NCBI RefSeq assembly: GCF_009914755.1
Contig: NC_060927.1
From: the human T2T-CHM13v2.0 reference genome, Homo sapiens
Direction: 5' to 3' (one strand)
DNA: 64,000 bases
Shown here: positions 42,892 to 56,581 of the stretch, piece after piece
How the letters are laid out: every line of letters starts with the position of its first letter
How positions within the stretch are numbered: position 1 is the stretch's first letter
Made by a program: the position numbers and the translations under genes
Notes under the pieces: model-generated
The model's database searches: none
What the model saw: only the letters and a program-made list of their open reading frames with translations
Told to the model about the DNA's origin: nothing

Positions 42892-43407
42892 ACAAATCAT
42901 TTGAGAAAATATAGGTTTGGACCTCAGATTTTATTTTTGTGTTTTTGTTTTTTTTAAAGCTATGGACCAAATTCTAGTTCCTACTTAGAGCAACAAAGCA
43001 AATAAAAATCCATAACATAAATCTAGTGCAAGTTAGTTGGTGACCAGACACATTGTACCCAGACAGCCATGCCAATTAGAATCCTGCTTTGTACAGTAGC
43101 TGTTTTGAGTCACAGCCAAAAGTTTCCATTTGCACAACAATAGAACAGATGCTAAGTTATACTCAAGGACCTATGATTTGTGTAATAAAAACTGAGACAA
43201 AACATAGACCCTACAATTTAAAGCTTAAATATGGCAAAACTCATTTTAAAAGACTGACTTATAAGGAATTAATCACAGCTTAATTTTGCACCCAAAGTTG
43301 CTCTAAGTAGGAACTAGAATTTGGTCCATAGCTTTAAAAAAAAAACAAAAACAAAAACAAAAAAACAAAAAACAAGATCCAAACCTATATTTTCTCAAAT
43401 GATTTGT
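42892..43407. repeat. Inverted repeat: arms 42892-42994 and 43297-43407 around a 302-bp spacer
   Basis: 30-bp perfect outer stem and 47-bp perfect inner stem, differing only in the intervening T/A-rich microsatellite-like segment. Confidence 0.95.
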
Positions 43408-43489
43408 CCATTTGTCTCTGTTTGTCCTATTCTGGGCTACAGAAATTCATGGCTCCCATTATTAGTAAACATACCAAGAAGGAACAAAT

Positions 43490-43880
43490 TTGAGGGCCTG
43501 CATTTGAATCCTTGCTCTGATATAATGAGTTGTAAAAGCTTGGACAAAGTAAATTTCCAATACCACATCTATGAAGTACTATACACTTTATATTAGTGGT
43601 TCTGAACCAGGACCAATGGTGGTTGTTACTACCAGGAGGAGGCTACTCACACCTAGGGGCTAGAAGTTAGGGATCCTGCTAGACATCCTACAATGCATAG
43701 GACAGTTCCCACAACAAAGAATTATTCAGCCTAAAGTATCAATAGTGCTGATGTTGAGAAACTCTGCTTTATAGGAGTTTTGTGAAATAAATGGGATACT
43801 GCTTATGAGGTACATTGAACAAAGCACCTGGCCTGTAGTAAACACATACACTGTCACTGCTCTCATTATTATTGCAATTA
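43490..43880 (+). mobile_element. MIR split by MER20
   Basis: CCTGCATTTGAATCCTTGCTCTG before, and GAGTTTTGTGAAATAAATGGGATACTGC...CACCTGGCCTGTAGTAAAC after the MER20. Confidence 0.7.
43594..43766 (+). mobile_element. MER20 (hAT-Charlie), internally deleted
   Basis: TAGTGGTTCTGAACC...CATCCTACAATGCATAGGACAG...GTTGAGAAACTCTG; 8-bp TSD CTTTATAT/CTTTATAG. Confidence 0.9.
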
Positions 43881-44144
43881 ATTATCTGAACTCATTTATT
43901 TTTTCCATTCAGCATTTTCTGAGAACAATTTGTGGTTGCTTGTAGGGAGAGATGAAGTGGTGAAGTGCAATATGGTGAGTGCCGAATTATGAAGTAAGCA
44001 AAATGCCATAAAAGTAATGACATATTAAAAGACATTTACTGGTAACTGTCTTATGATATGTCCAATGGTTTAAAACATTTACTCTCTTCTATGAATGCTT
44101 TCCCGGCTCACAGCACTTTCTCTAAATTAGCAACTCAGGGTAAG

Positions 44145-44467
44145 GTGTTTTGTTTTGTTTTGTTTTGTTTTTGTTTGTTTGTTTTTTGACAGAGTTTTGT
44201 TCTGTTGCCCAGGCTGGAGTGCAGTGGTGCCATTTCGGCTCACTGCAAGCTCTGCCTCCTGTGTTCAAGCCATTCTCCTGCCTCAGCCTCCCCGAGTAGC
44301 CAGGACTACAGGCATGTGCCACCACACCTGGCTAATTTTTTGTGTTTTTAGTAGTGACGGGGTTTCACCGTGTTAGCCAGGATGGTCTCAATCTCCTGAC
44401 CTCGTGATCCGCCCACCTCGGCTTCCTAAAGTGCTGAGATTACAGGCGTGAGCCACCACGCCCAGCT
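44145..44467 (-). mobile_element. AluY-type with (GTTTT)n tail
   Basis: CTGCAAGCTC, TTAGCCAGGATGGTCTC; perfect 12-bp TSD ACTCAGGGTAAG (44133-44144 / 44468-44479). Confidence 0.97.
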
Positions 44468-44627
44468 ACTCAGGGTAAGCTCTTAAAGTGAGCTTCATCA
44501 CATACTAAAATAAACAAACACCAACATTATCTGTATAAAGTTTCTGTCTTCTATTCCTTAAATTTGATCAGATATGATGCAACAATGTGGCATCTTATAT
44601 AAAATGCTGTCTTAAAGATAAGAAAAA

Positions 44628-44923
44628 GGCCGGGTGTGGTGGCTCACATCGATAATCTCAGCACTTTGGAAGGCTGACACAGGAAAGTTGCTTGAGGCCA
44701 GGAGTTTGAGACCAACCTGGGCCACATAGCACAACCCCTTCTCGGAAAAATAGCCAGGCATGGTAGCGAGTGCCTGTCACCTAGCTACTCAGGAGGGTAA
44801 GAGAAGAGTATGGCTGGAACCCAGGAGGTTAAGGCTACAGTGAGCCATGATCCCACCACTGCGCTCTAGCCTGAGTGACAAAAACCCTATCTGTAAAAAA
44901 CAAATTAGTTAATTAATTAAATT
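44628..44923 (+). mobile_element. AluJ
   Basis: GGCCGGGTGTGGTGGCTCAC...TTGCTTGAGGCCAGGAGTTTGAG; TSD AAGATAAGAAAAA/AAGATAATAAAAA. Confidence 0.92.
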
Positions 44924-45235
44924 AAGATAATAAAAAGAAAAACACACATCCACTGAATTAATGATTATATAATCTGAAAGACCAAAATACATAAATGTTG
45001 TATGTGCTAGCCTTGAGGCTAGTAAACCACCAGATGGATAACTTAAACTCTGCTGTGATGTAACTCAAGCTCTATTCTATTTGGTTTGCAGTAGGACTTT
45101 TTGATTAATGAATAAAACCTGACATACTAAGCAAAGTGAATAGAGATTTTAGTTAAAGATTAATATTAGATCAGCCAAGCCTTACTGCATTTACATTTGA
45201 ACAATTAAAGAGCTCTCGCTCTATCGATTTTAAGA

Positions 45236-45420
45236 CAGTGTCAAAGAGTGGTGGTAGAACCAGCAACTTTATCATTACCAGGCAAATTGTTAGATATGCA
45301 AAGCCTCAGGCCCCTAACCCAGATTTCTGGAATCAGGAACTCTGAGGGTGGGCCCAACAATGGGTGTTTAACCACAGCCCTCCAGGTGATGCTGATGCAC
45401 ACTGAAGTTTGCCAACTGCA
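45236..45420. mobile_element. MER5A (hAT-Charlie)
   Basis: TTGTTAGATATGCAAA...CAGGCCCC...GAATCAGGAACTCTGAGGGTGGGCCCA...GCCCTCCAGGTGATGCTGATGCACACTGAAGTTTG. Confidence 0.85.
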
Positions 45421-45789
45421 GTACTAAAATGAACAAAAGAGGAAGCTGCCTTCCGGTGATTCCTCGAAATAATTTATCTATATGGATTTATTCTCCATTT
45501 CTCAAGGAAGATGCAATCTCGATTCACTTTTGCTGAGAGTTTTTTCCTCTTAACGAAAACACAAGGGATTAATTTACCTCGATTTGCAGTCTCAACTAGA
45601 TTTGCAGTGGACCTAATAATAAGAGAGAAGTTTCCTGACTTGGTTTCCATGGCTCTAGACTTCCTCTTGTTAATGCACAGGATAAATTGCCTTGTGTAAA
45701 GGGAAAAAGGAAGAATTTTGGGATTGAACAAAGTTTTTACCACTTATAGCTAAGTGACTTTGAGCCAGTTACATTACCCACATTATCCT

Positions 45790-46470
45790 CAATAAATCAA
45801 GGAAAAACTAACATCATAATAATATTGATTCTTCAGACTTGCTACTTCTCTATGAACATGATACCTCTCTCCATTTATTTTGGTTATCTAAAATTGGCTC
45901 AGAAAGGTTTTGTAATTTTCCATATAAAGGTCTTATACATAATTAGTTAAATTTACTTCTAGGAATGTTGTTTGATGCTATAATATAATACATGCATTTT
46001 TAAAAATCTGTAGTTTATTAATAGCTTATAATAATACTATTGATTTTTATATTTTGATATTTTATTCTGTGATGTTTAAATACTACTCATTACTTATGTA
46101 GTTTCTTGGTAGATTCTTTTATATATGTAGATCATCATGTTCTCTGAGAGATATATAATTTTGACACTTTCCTACATTTATGGCTTATATATATTTTTCT
46201 GCCTCATTGCATTGGATTGAACCTCTACAGCAATATGGACAATGAGTTGTCAGAGAAAATATTCTCAGTGTTAATGAGTTCAATATTTCACCATTAAATG
46301 TGGTCTTAACAGTAGGTTTTTTTGTGGATACCATTTTCTTCTATTCTTAGTTGCTCAGAATTTTTATTCTGAATTATTGAATTTAGTCATTTTTTTTGTT
46401 ATCTATTGAGTGGAACATAAGACTTTTCTTTCTCTTTCTGTTTATGTAGTATATTCAGCAGTTTGTTGAA
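45790..46470 (-). mobile_element. Old L1M ORF2 fragment
   Basis: ATATTGATTCTTC...TATGAACATGATACCTCTCTCCATTTATT; CAATATTTCACCATTAAATGTG. Confidence 0.7.
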
Positions 46471-46532
46471 TAAACTCCTATGATAGCACCTATGATATTT
46501 TACCTAAGTTATTCAATTATTTATCTATACTG

Positions 46533-46932
46533 TGCAGTAATCAGAGTTCTGCAAATAAACAGAACCAATAGAATGTGTGTCTATAGAAATAGATTTGTTT
46601 TAAAGAATTGGCTCACCTGATTGTGGAGGCTGGCAAATGCAAACTCTGCAGGGTGGGCTGGCAGGCAGGAGACCCAGAGGGGAGTCCATGCTGCAGTTCA
46701 AAGGCAAAGATGATCTGTTGCAGAATTCCCTCTCATTTATGTGAGGTCGATCTATAGTTCCATTCAGTCACCTTCAACTGATTGGATGAGACTCCTCCAC
46801 ATAATGAAGCACCCAATGCTTTACTCAAAGTTCACTGAGTAAATATTAATCTCACCTAAAAACACAGAAACATCCAGGATAATGTTTGACCACACATCTG
46901 GGCACTGTGGACACCTGAAATTAACCATCACA
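46533..46932 (-). mobile_element. MLT2-family (ERVL) solo LTR
   Basis: ACAGAACCAATAG, GAATTGGCTCACCTGATTGTGGAGGCTGGCAA, TTCAACTGATTGGATGAG, ends AAATTAACCATCACA. Confidence 0.9.
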
Positions 46933-47015
46933 TATTATTGCTTTTCCTTCACTGGCTGTGCATTCACCATGTTGTACACTTTAATTATATACAATTTTTA
47001 TTTGACAGTTCACCT

Positions 47016-47499
47016 TGAAATTGGCCTGATTTCCCCATAGAACTTATATTTATGATTTTCCTTGAATGGAACTAGAAATTTACCTTCCTTGTCTTAGAGC
47101 TTGAAAAAATTACATGTGTCTTATCTAAGTTCCTTTCTCAGGAAACCAACCGTCAGGTTTCCTGACAGTATCAAGGAACTGAAACTTACCAGATCACTGC
47201 ATCTGGCCAATAAGACGCAAGACCCCCCATTCATCGTGATTGCCTAACAGACCACCTGCTACCCATTGACTAACTCCTCTTTTGTACACTTCCCTAATTT
47301 CTGTTTTTCCACATGTAATTACATTTCTTCCATGCTCTATAAACCCTTAAGTTTAGTCACTTGAAGAGATGGATTTGAGATTAATCTTCCATTCTCCTTG
47401 ACTGTAGCATCCACATAAAGCCTCCTTCCCCGGAAATACTCATTGTCTCAGTGATTGGCTTTCTGTGTGGTGAGCAAAACCCCTGGTGTCTCAGTAACA
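47016..47499 (+). mobile_element. ERV solo LTR (LTR47-like, tentative) inserted in a short + strand L1 3' tail
   Basis: TGAAA...GTAACA termini, TATAAA box, near-TSD ACCT/ATCT; flanks rejoin as TATACAATTTTTATTTG...CTTAATAAAA, resembling an L1M 3' end. Confidence 0.8.
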
Positions 47500-48471
47500 A
47501 TCTTAATAAAACAGGAATTTAAAAAAATAATAATAATATAAATGTACTGTATGAATCTTGTAGCATGAATAGCAAGGAATTAAGAAAAACTAACCCCCTC
47601 CCCCCAACATTTCCTTTTTCAGGAAGGGAAAAATCAATATCTTACAGTACAGTTTCCACTCTAAGAAATACTACACATTTTATGTTACAAGCAAAATTTT
47701 ATGGTATAGTTTATGAAATAAAATTGAACCTCATAGTTTTTAATTTATTTGTACAATAATGTTTCATTTAGGCACTGCCCCATCCTCCTTTTAACTATTT
47801 ACTATATAATTTTGGTCATAACTTAAAGTGGATTTATTTTCAGTGCCTTTTTAAAGTTAACAAGTATCTTTGGATACTGTAGTTGCCCTGAGTTCAACTC
47901 CATGTTTTATAAAACAGGCACAGTCTTCCTTTATGGGAGGAGGAGTTTCTTTCTATGTCTTTGGTTATTAGAATTAGAAAAACTGCCTTGATCAGCATAC
48001 ATTAAATTTTTGAAAGTTAAGTTTTTCACCTCTTGTGAGACTAATTCTATCATATTCTTCATTTGTTGATGATTATGATGTGACTTCAATTTACCCTTCC
48101 TAATGTGATTGTAAATTTTCATGTAATGAAAGAAGAGGCACAACCAAGATCACTGCACAGCATTAGTAACACGTAGAAAATATATTTCACATTCTGAGAT
48201 GAGATAAACTCTTAGCTCTCAAGGTCACAGAATGCTGACAGTTAATTGGCCTTTTGAGAAATCTTGAGAGAAGACTGAAAATTGCATTCAAGTATTATTC
48301 AAGATTTTGTATAATAGCAATACAAAAAACACAATGTGGTAAATTATAATTAATTATAATTGTTTCTACAAATCTTTGCTACATACAAGAAAGTGTGATG
48401 TAGACTACTAATTTATGCTTGGAATTGCTATTTTCTTAACTACCTGTCTGATAAAGGTCTCTTACTTGAGG

Positions 48472-48735
<264 letters not shown>

Positions 48736-49459
48736 TTACTAGTCTCATACTATATAGCAGCAGGACTTTATTTAAGAGTGTTTTCTGTAGCTGCAGTAGT
48801 AATGATGCAGTTATAGAACCTTCAGACTGGCTAATTTCTTCTTCAGAATTACATGGCAGTTTGTACTGGGTTGAAACAAATGGTGCGATGGACTAAGCTT
48901 CGCCATCAGAGACAAAGCAAGACTTTGAAAAACTCAGAATAAACATGGGCATGGGTTGCTTCTTGCTGCCACTGTCCATGTTGTTCCTGAAATCTCACTT
49001 CCAAGATGCCTTTTCATAGTCTCCTGTAGAATTTCCACATGCACTTAACCCGCTGCAGACATAGCAAGAGAGGAGTACACTAAAAGAGTGATACAAGCAT
49101 CTGTATTTTAAAAAACTATGATGGTCAAAAAACTCTTATTCCTATCTTATGTATAAAGAAGACTGCAAAACTTAGTAAGGATGATATCTGACAACTGCTG
49201 ATTGAGGATCTTAATAGGACTTTTCCTTGTTTTATTGAAAAACTTTAGTTATCCACAGCATAATGGGACCAGAATAGTATGAATTATTTATTCATTTGTT
49301 TAATTCAATGAGCAGTAATTGTCTCCTGTTTGCCAGATTCTGGGTCATGTACCAAGGATACATTACAGAACAAGGTGTTACTTGGAGAACTTACAGTTCT
49401 AGTGAGGATGGTCAAGTTGAAAAAGTAATTATAACAGTTAAAACATAATTAAAAGTGAT

Positions 49460-49898
49460 TGTATTCATTTTCTAAGACTTCCATAAAAAGTGCCACAAAC
49501 TGGTGACTTACACAGAAATTTATTCTCTCATTGTTCTGGAGACTAGAAATCTGAAGTCAAGGTGTCGGCAGTGCCATGGTCTCTCTGAATACCCAGAGAA
49601 AAATTTTCCCTCCCTATTCTTAGCTTTTGGTGGCTCCTGACAATTATTGGGGTTCATTAGCTTGCAGCTGCTTCACTCCAATCTCTGCGTTCATCTTCAC
49701 ATGGACTCCTCTCTGTTTTTCTGTGTGTCCTCTCCTCATATAAGAATACCATTCACTGGATTTAAGTTCCATCCTAATCTAATATGACCTCATCTTGATT
49801 TAATTACATCTGTAAAGACCCTATTACCAAATAAGGTCACATTCTGAGATTCTGGATGGACATAAGTTTTGGGAGGACACTGTTCAACCTGTTATACA
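49460..49898 (-). mobile_element. MLT1C/D-type MaLR LTR, next to an L2 fragment (49290-49455)
   Basis: TGTATT...TGCCACAAACTGGTGACTTA, GTCAAGGTGTCGGCAG, CACTCCAATCTCTGC, CCAAATAAGGTCACATTCTGAG. Confidence 0.88.
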
Positions 49899-51161
49899 GG
49901 TATATATTTATTTTTAGGAGGAAAACATCTTTGGCTATAATTAGGGAGATACTTATAAAATATGAGGATCCCTTCCTAAATAATATAAAGCAACAATTTT
50001 AGATAAAGAGACCAAAGAAATAACCTGAATATTTAATAAATGAGGAAACAGCACAGAGCGTTGAGTTATTGGATGAACCTCATACAATTTAATATGGAGA
50101 GTTTTGGCTTTTAGAAATAATTATCTTGGAAATATGAACTTGCAATGGTTCACTATTAGGTGCTTTTAACAATGCTTACTGGTTATGCATTGAAAATTTT
50201 CGTCTGTACAGATATAAGACCCAAATCTTATTTCAGGCAATAATTGCTATGTTATTGTCTTAATGTCTTAATTAAAACCACTGAAAATATCGCCTCTCAC
50301 TGACTGGTAGAGATGATAACGAGCTATGAAATATTACACATTCAGGCAGAAGAAACATGAACTAACTTTACCAACAAATCAGGTAAATAATCCTGGATCC
50401 TGGATTCCCGGGTTTTTGCTTAGAATAGCTTCAACCAGGAAAGCTACCTGACTGGGACTGTGCTGGGATGTGAGCAAGAAATAAACTTTTATTGTGTAAA
50501 GCTATTAAAATCTTGAGGTTATTTGCTATGATACTTAGTGTTAATTACCCTAATACCTTGACTTTTGGGACTTCAAGAGAACTTATAGATTAGTTGATTT
50601 ACTACTTTCATTTTATAATGAAAGAGAGAGAACATGTCCAAAATCACTCAAATAATTAGTAGTTCATCAGTATAACTGGGGCTGTAGTCAAAAAATCATT
50701 CTCTAGTTGTTTGCTTCAGAAATCCAGTAGAAATGACAAAGTCTTAGAATAAAAATTATTCTATAAATACATTTCTTTTTATATCAGAATTTGACACTAT
50801 AGCCTAACCACTTGGAGACATTCTTTGAACAATGTTAACTCTGGGTCAAGAAGAGAATTAATTAGAGTGTCGAAAGAAGACACTGAGCTAAAAGTGATTA
50901 GATGTGAATTTGATGCCAGGTGGAATTTGAAAGGAAATGAAAAGAGGAAGACAGACACCGAGTTTTTTCTGGGGAAGGTTGTCAGTTGTCAGTAATCAGC
51001 AGAAGAGAAAAGGAACATATTCAGGTCACCTGGAGACACATCTCTCCGGAAACTGAGGCATAATGGAATGTCCAGAGTGGCCAGGGTTATGGGAAAATTG
51101 GGGATAAATATTAGGTAGAATGGCAGTTCTAAAACTAAAAATTGAAAAAGTGCAACGTTAA

Positions 51162-51533
<372 letters not shown>

Positions 51534-52769
51534 ACAAATAATAAAGTTTTGAGAAGGGAATTGAATGAATTAAAACAGAGAAGAAAGTATATTTCACTTT
51601 GCAGCAAAAGCTTTTATGTGCAGTGAGAAATGCAACAGCAATTGGAAAGATTAGCAAATCTCTATTTCTTAGGATTAAAAAGCTAAATTTTCTTTAGGTG
51701 AAGAGGTGAAGCGAATAGGAAAAATATGAGGAACTTCATGTTCACAGAGGGAGAACCTTAATTAAACCAATATTCAATCCATTTAAAAATCATTTCAAAC
51801 ATAATTCCAAACTTTGATGCTTGGTCTTCTATTTAGTTTTTGCAAAAGAGTAACCTTTTTTTTTTTTTTTTTAATCTGATTCCCTGGGTAGTCCTACTAA
51901 AAGGAATTACTGTAAACCTACATTCATCACCATGCATAACATAAGGTTTCTATTTAGAAAAGAAAAAAGTCAGCACTTTTATTTAAAGTGGCTTTTAAAA
52001 ATCCAAAATAGTTTTGTTTAAGTTTTTAGGGAATGTTTTTAGGGAAACTCAATATTTCTTAAGACTCTAAAGTAAAAAAAAAAAAAAAAAAAGTTTTGAA
52101 GTCAAAGCAGAAGCAAGTTTCTTATCACCACTCATAATAAAAGAGTCACAACCTTCAGCCCAAACAGCAGTTATGTTTAGTTTTTGTTTTAAACATTAAC
52201 AGTGAAGTTTGCCTGAGACTAATTTTGCATAAAAAATGTTGTCTCCTTAATAAATTTAGAAGTAATTTGCTTGCTAATTAAGTATAGCCTTTCAGATTAC
52301 AAATAGTTAATGGAAATGTTTCACCTTCTCACCACACTCTCAGCTTTTCAACTTACTGTATACCCATACACACTGCAGTGAGTGCTGGTTGTTGTTGATG
52401 ATGGCAGTGATGGTGAATATTTCACATTCTGTTTTCTTTGGGTAACAACAACCCAGCTTCCATAGGAATCAACTATTTCTCACTCCATTTGATTTTCTTT
52501 GTGTTACCAATCATAGTGGGGATTTAACCAACCAATCCCAACACTTCATCCTCCTGACCACAGAATTTGCTTCAGAGAAAGTCATACGACCCAAGTTACA
52601 CAAATTGGAGTGATTATCTGGCATTTTATATGAACACTAAGGAAAGCTTTTTCTTTGCCTTTAAACCATGATGTGATTCCAGAGCTTCTGGTGACCATAA
52701 CCCTGTCACACAGAGGAAATCCTGAAAAAATTCTCAAGTAGCTGGCTTAATCATGGCTTTTTTTCTCTT

Positions 52770-53110
52770 CGTTTCAATTTAAAATATATTGAGTGCCTAT
52801 TTTATGCAAGATGCTAGGCTAGAGACAGTAAGAGGCTGAAAGATAAATATGATATTACATCTTTGTTAAGCTTTCCATCTACTTAATAGCCTGCAATATT
52901 TCAATCATCATAGTTTATTCCGCAGATTCTAAATAGAATGTATTTTCTTCCAGCTATTTGATAACTCTGAAAATATAGTGGTGAGAAAACAGACATGCTC
53001 CCTCACCTCATGGAGCTTATAGTTTATGAACAGAAAGACATTAATTAAATAGCTATGGGAATATATAGTTATAAATTATGATAAATATTCTGAGACAAAT
53101 CTAACATATT
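52770..53110 (-). mobile_element. L2 fragments
   Basis: ATATTGAGTGCCTATTTTATGCAAGATGCTAGGCTAG; AAAACAGACATGCTCCCTCACCTCATGGAGCTTATAGTTTA. Confidence 0.7.
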
Positions 53111-56100
53111 TGAATACTTAAAGAAGAATCCACTTGAGATTTGATAGTGGAATGTGTTGTGGTGGTAATATAGTGAGACTTGAAAGCTAATGCTGGAACA
53201 AGGGAAGGCCTAAACCCTTAATGCTACTACTGGGCCCTCAAGAGAAATATGACACTGTGACACTAGAATAGGAATGCTGCCTTTGACTTAGATGTTCAAG
53301 GTCTCCACTACCGTTCTCAGTCATCCTCCTTGAAACTCCCTGGTAGCCTAAATAAAAGAAGCAACAGAGGTTGGTATAGAGGAGCTATTGGGACACATCC
53401 TGGAAGTCAGTGTAAAGTGGACTGAAACAGCAATGGTCCCTACATTTCTGGGACACTCTCCACCCCCCCACCATGGGGAGGGGCAATTGCTTCTGGCTGA
53501 CTGATGGTGAGGAATTTTTAATATTAATAAATTATTCAATGAAAAGAATGAGATAATTTTTCACAAGTGTAATTTAACTGTAATCCTGCAAGACAGTGTT
53601 TGAATAAACGAAACTTGAGGGAGCAGAAAAGATGGGTCTACTCGACATATTTTGCCATCTGCTGCAACTTTGCTGGGAAGAATTTTCTGCCATCAAAGTA
53701 TTGGGTCTGGTATAGGTCCTAACATGAGGTTAGTACTCTGTCATTGCTTTGAATGAATGAAAGATTGCAATGTGAAACAATTCACATGTTTGTGTTCAGC
53801 AGCTTTGCCTAAGTTCTAGGTAGAATGACTTTTTATCCTAATATATTATTATTGGTCGTTTCTCCATTAATGTCTCTTCATCAATTCCTTTCAGAAAAAA
53901 AATATATTTGATTCTATCGACTTCTTTCTTTATTTGAAAAAAACTGTATTATTATAAAGTAAAAATCTTAACTATATTTCTAGCTCAGAAAGTCTGTAGT
54001 TCTGTGACTAGCATCTTTTAAACATCCCACTGTTGCTACAGAGGAATTTTACTAACCACAATTCCTACTCTAAGAACTAATAGAGACAGTTAGTGATGAC
54101 AAGTATCAAGTTCATTTCCAGAAGTGTGTGGTTATTTACTGTTCACTATTCAGCATGTGGAAAACTTTGGTGGAGTTCTTCCTGAGGAATTGGAAAAGAC
54201 ATCAAAGAGGAATTAAAAGTACTCAAAGACTTGGGTTCAAGGACATCAAATAGTCAAAGATTAGAGAAATGCCATTCTAAAGAGGAGGCAAATTAATAAA
54301 ATTACATGCAAAGAAAAGTAGAGTTTTGATTTTTAAAGATCTTTAAAGCTATAGTGTGAGCATTTCAAAATTATTTTTAATGAATTTTCAAATTAACTAT
54401 TTCAAAGGCGATCTACTCTCCAACAGTTTATATCAATTTCTATCAGCAGACTATAATCTAGAGAACGCTCATATGGTAAGCAAAGATTCCTTGTTAGAGA
54501 ATATTTCTTTGAATTACCAACTGGTGAAAGTTTGCTATAATTGGAGACAGCAGAGAGGGAAAAGTAATAACTTCAAATGAAAATTCTAGCTTGAAGGAAA
54601 GTTGATTGAGTTAAATTATGAAATGTTCAGTTATTTGTGGGCATAGGTTTCTTCTCTGATTATAAGGTCCATATTTCTGCTCTTTATAATCATCTATAGC
54701 TCCTTTCATGATTCCTTGTTTATGTTTTAAAAGCTTCAGGAAGAAATGCAAGCAGAGTGTGTAAGGAAAAGAATTAAATTCAAAAGAAAAATAAAACATA
54801 TTAAATAATTTAAAGTAATATAAAATGAAGCAAATAAAATTTTAAAGGCAACAAGTTATGCCATTTGATTTATTAGAAACTAAAGAAAGAAGACTGGAAA
54901 GAATAAAGGGAGAATGGATGAATAGGTATACAAGTATTTATCAGTCCATCCATCCATTCATTTATCCATCCATCCATTCATTCATTTGACTCCAAACTGT
55001 CTGCACCCCAGATTCATATTTCCAGATACTTTTTGGACAATTCCATCAAGACTTTACAGCTTTCTGTTTCTCAGTAAGTTGAAAGCACTAACATTCACTT
55101 AATTTCCCAGGATTACAAACTCAGACTCATTCTTTATTTGACCTTCTTGTCTGCTACTCATACAAAATTATCAAGTCATACTGATTCTACATTTGAAAAG
55201 TCTCATTTGTTTTCCCTTTTTGGGGACATGTCATAGATCATCTTGCATGGATTACTGCAATAGAATTGTAACTGTCTCCTGATTTTACTTCTTGGAGCAC
55301 TTCCAATTCATCTTATTTATTGATGCTCAATGTATTTTTCTTTATTTTTAAGAAATAATTCTTTCAAATACACAAGATATTATACAATATAGCATAACAG
55401 AGAACAATATTTAAAAATTGTTAGTATTTTGCAATGTTTGTTTTACACATTTTAATTATTTTAATTTTTTAGGACATAAAATACTACTGCTAACAGCTGA
55501 AGACACTTTTGTACCCCTTCCCTGTTTTCATTTCTTTCGCACCCTTTTCAAACAAACTGAGTGCCCTAAGGTTGGCATGTACCTTCCCAACCATTAAAAA
55601 TAATTGTATCATGTATGTACACATTCAAAGCAATATTTTGTATAGTTTTTGTATTTTAAAATAAAAAGACATGGTATAATACCAGGCGTATTCTTCTGCA
55701 TCTTGCTTTCCTTATTCAACATTACTTTACATTACTTCAACATTTTTTCATTCAACATGATATGATGTATTCCTGTTGATACAATTAATTTGAAATTCTG
55801 TGTACTGCTCTATCTTCCCATATTTCCTAATATTTATTTTTTAAGATTTTAGTTTCAGCTTGTTAGTAATCATTACCTCTTCCCAATTGGTTATTGTTAG
55901 TATTATTAATAGTGTTAGTGGCAGTATAAGTAGTACGAGTGCCAGTCAGTGCTTGTTTAAATTTATAAACGTCTTCATCAGTTTCTTTGCTCATTTCTTC
56001 TTGCATCCTACTGTGTTTTTATGACAGGTTCCTTGCTAATAAAGTCTATTTCTTAAATAGTAAACTCTCAGAGTCTTTGACTAAAAGCATCATTTAACTT

Positions 56101-56215
56101 CTTGATTGAGTCCACAGAAATGAGTGGAGTTCAAAGTTTACCTTGGCACCAGATATTATTTTATCCTTCTCTGGAAACTTTTACTTTTAGCCAAATTATT
56201 ATTTTTGTATATAGC

Positions 56216-56581
56216 TGTCTTAGTCTTCTCAGGCTGCTATCACAAATCACCATAGACTGGGTAGCTTATAAACAACAGAAATTTATTTCTCACTGTTCCA
56301 GAGGCTGGGAAGTCCAGGATCAAGCTGCTGGCAGACATAGTGTTTAGTGTTTGGCAAGGGCACATTCCTCATAGGTGGTTCCTTCTTGCTGCATCTTCAC
56401 AGGGTGAAGGGGCTAGACAGCTCTCTGGAGTCTCTTTTGTGAAGGTACTAATCTCATTCATGAAAGCAAAGCCCGCATGACTTAATCACCTTTGAAAGAC
56501 CTCAGCTTCTAATACTATTATATTAGGGATTATGTTTCAATGTATAAATTTTAGAGAGATGCAACTATTCAGGCCATTGCA
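56216..56581 (-). mobile_element. MLT1A-type MaLR LTR within diverged L1M-like sequence (~55340-57300)
   Basis: TGTCTTAGTC...GGCTGCTATCACAAATCACCATAGACTGGGTAGCTTATAAACAACAGAAATTTATTTCTCAC...TTCAGGCCATTGCA. Confidence 0.9.

Noticed and set aside
42892-43407. Inverted repeat interpreted as a MITE with long terminal inverted repeats
   Set aside because: There is no TA or 8-bp target-site duplication at the outer ends, the termini match no transposon ends I know, and arm identity is too high for the long-extinct primate DNA transposons. It is kept as a finding under a different interpretation.
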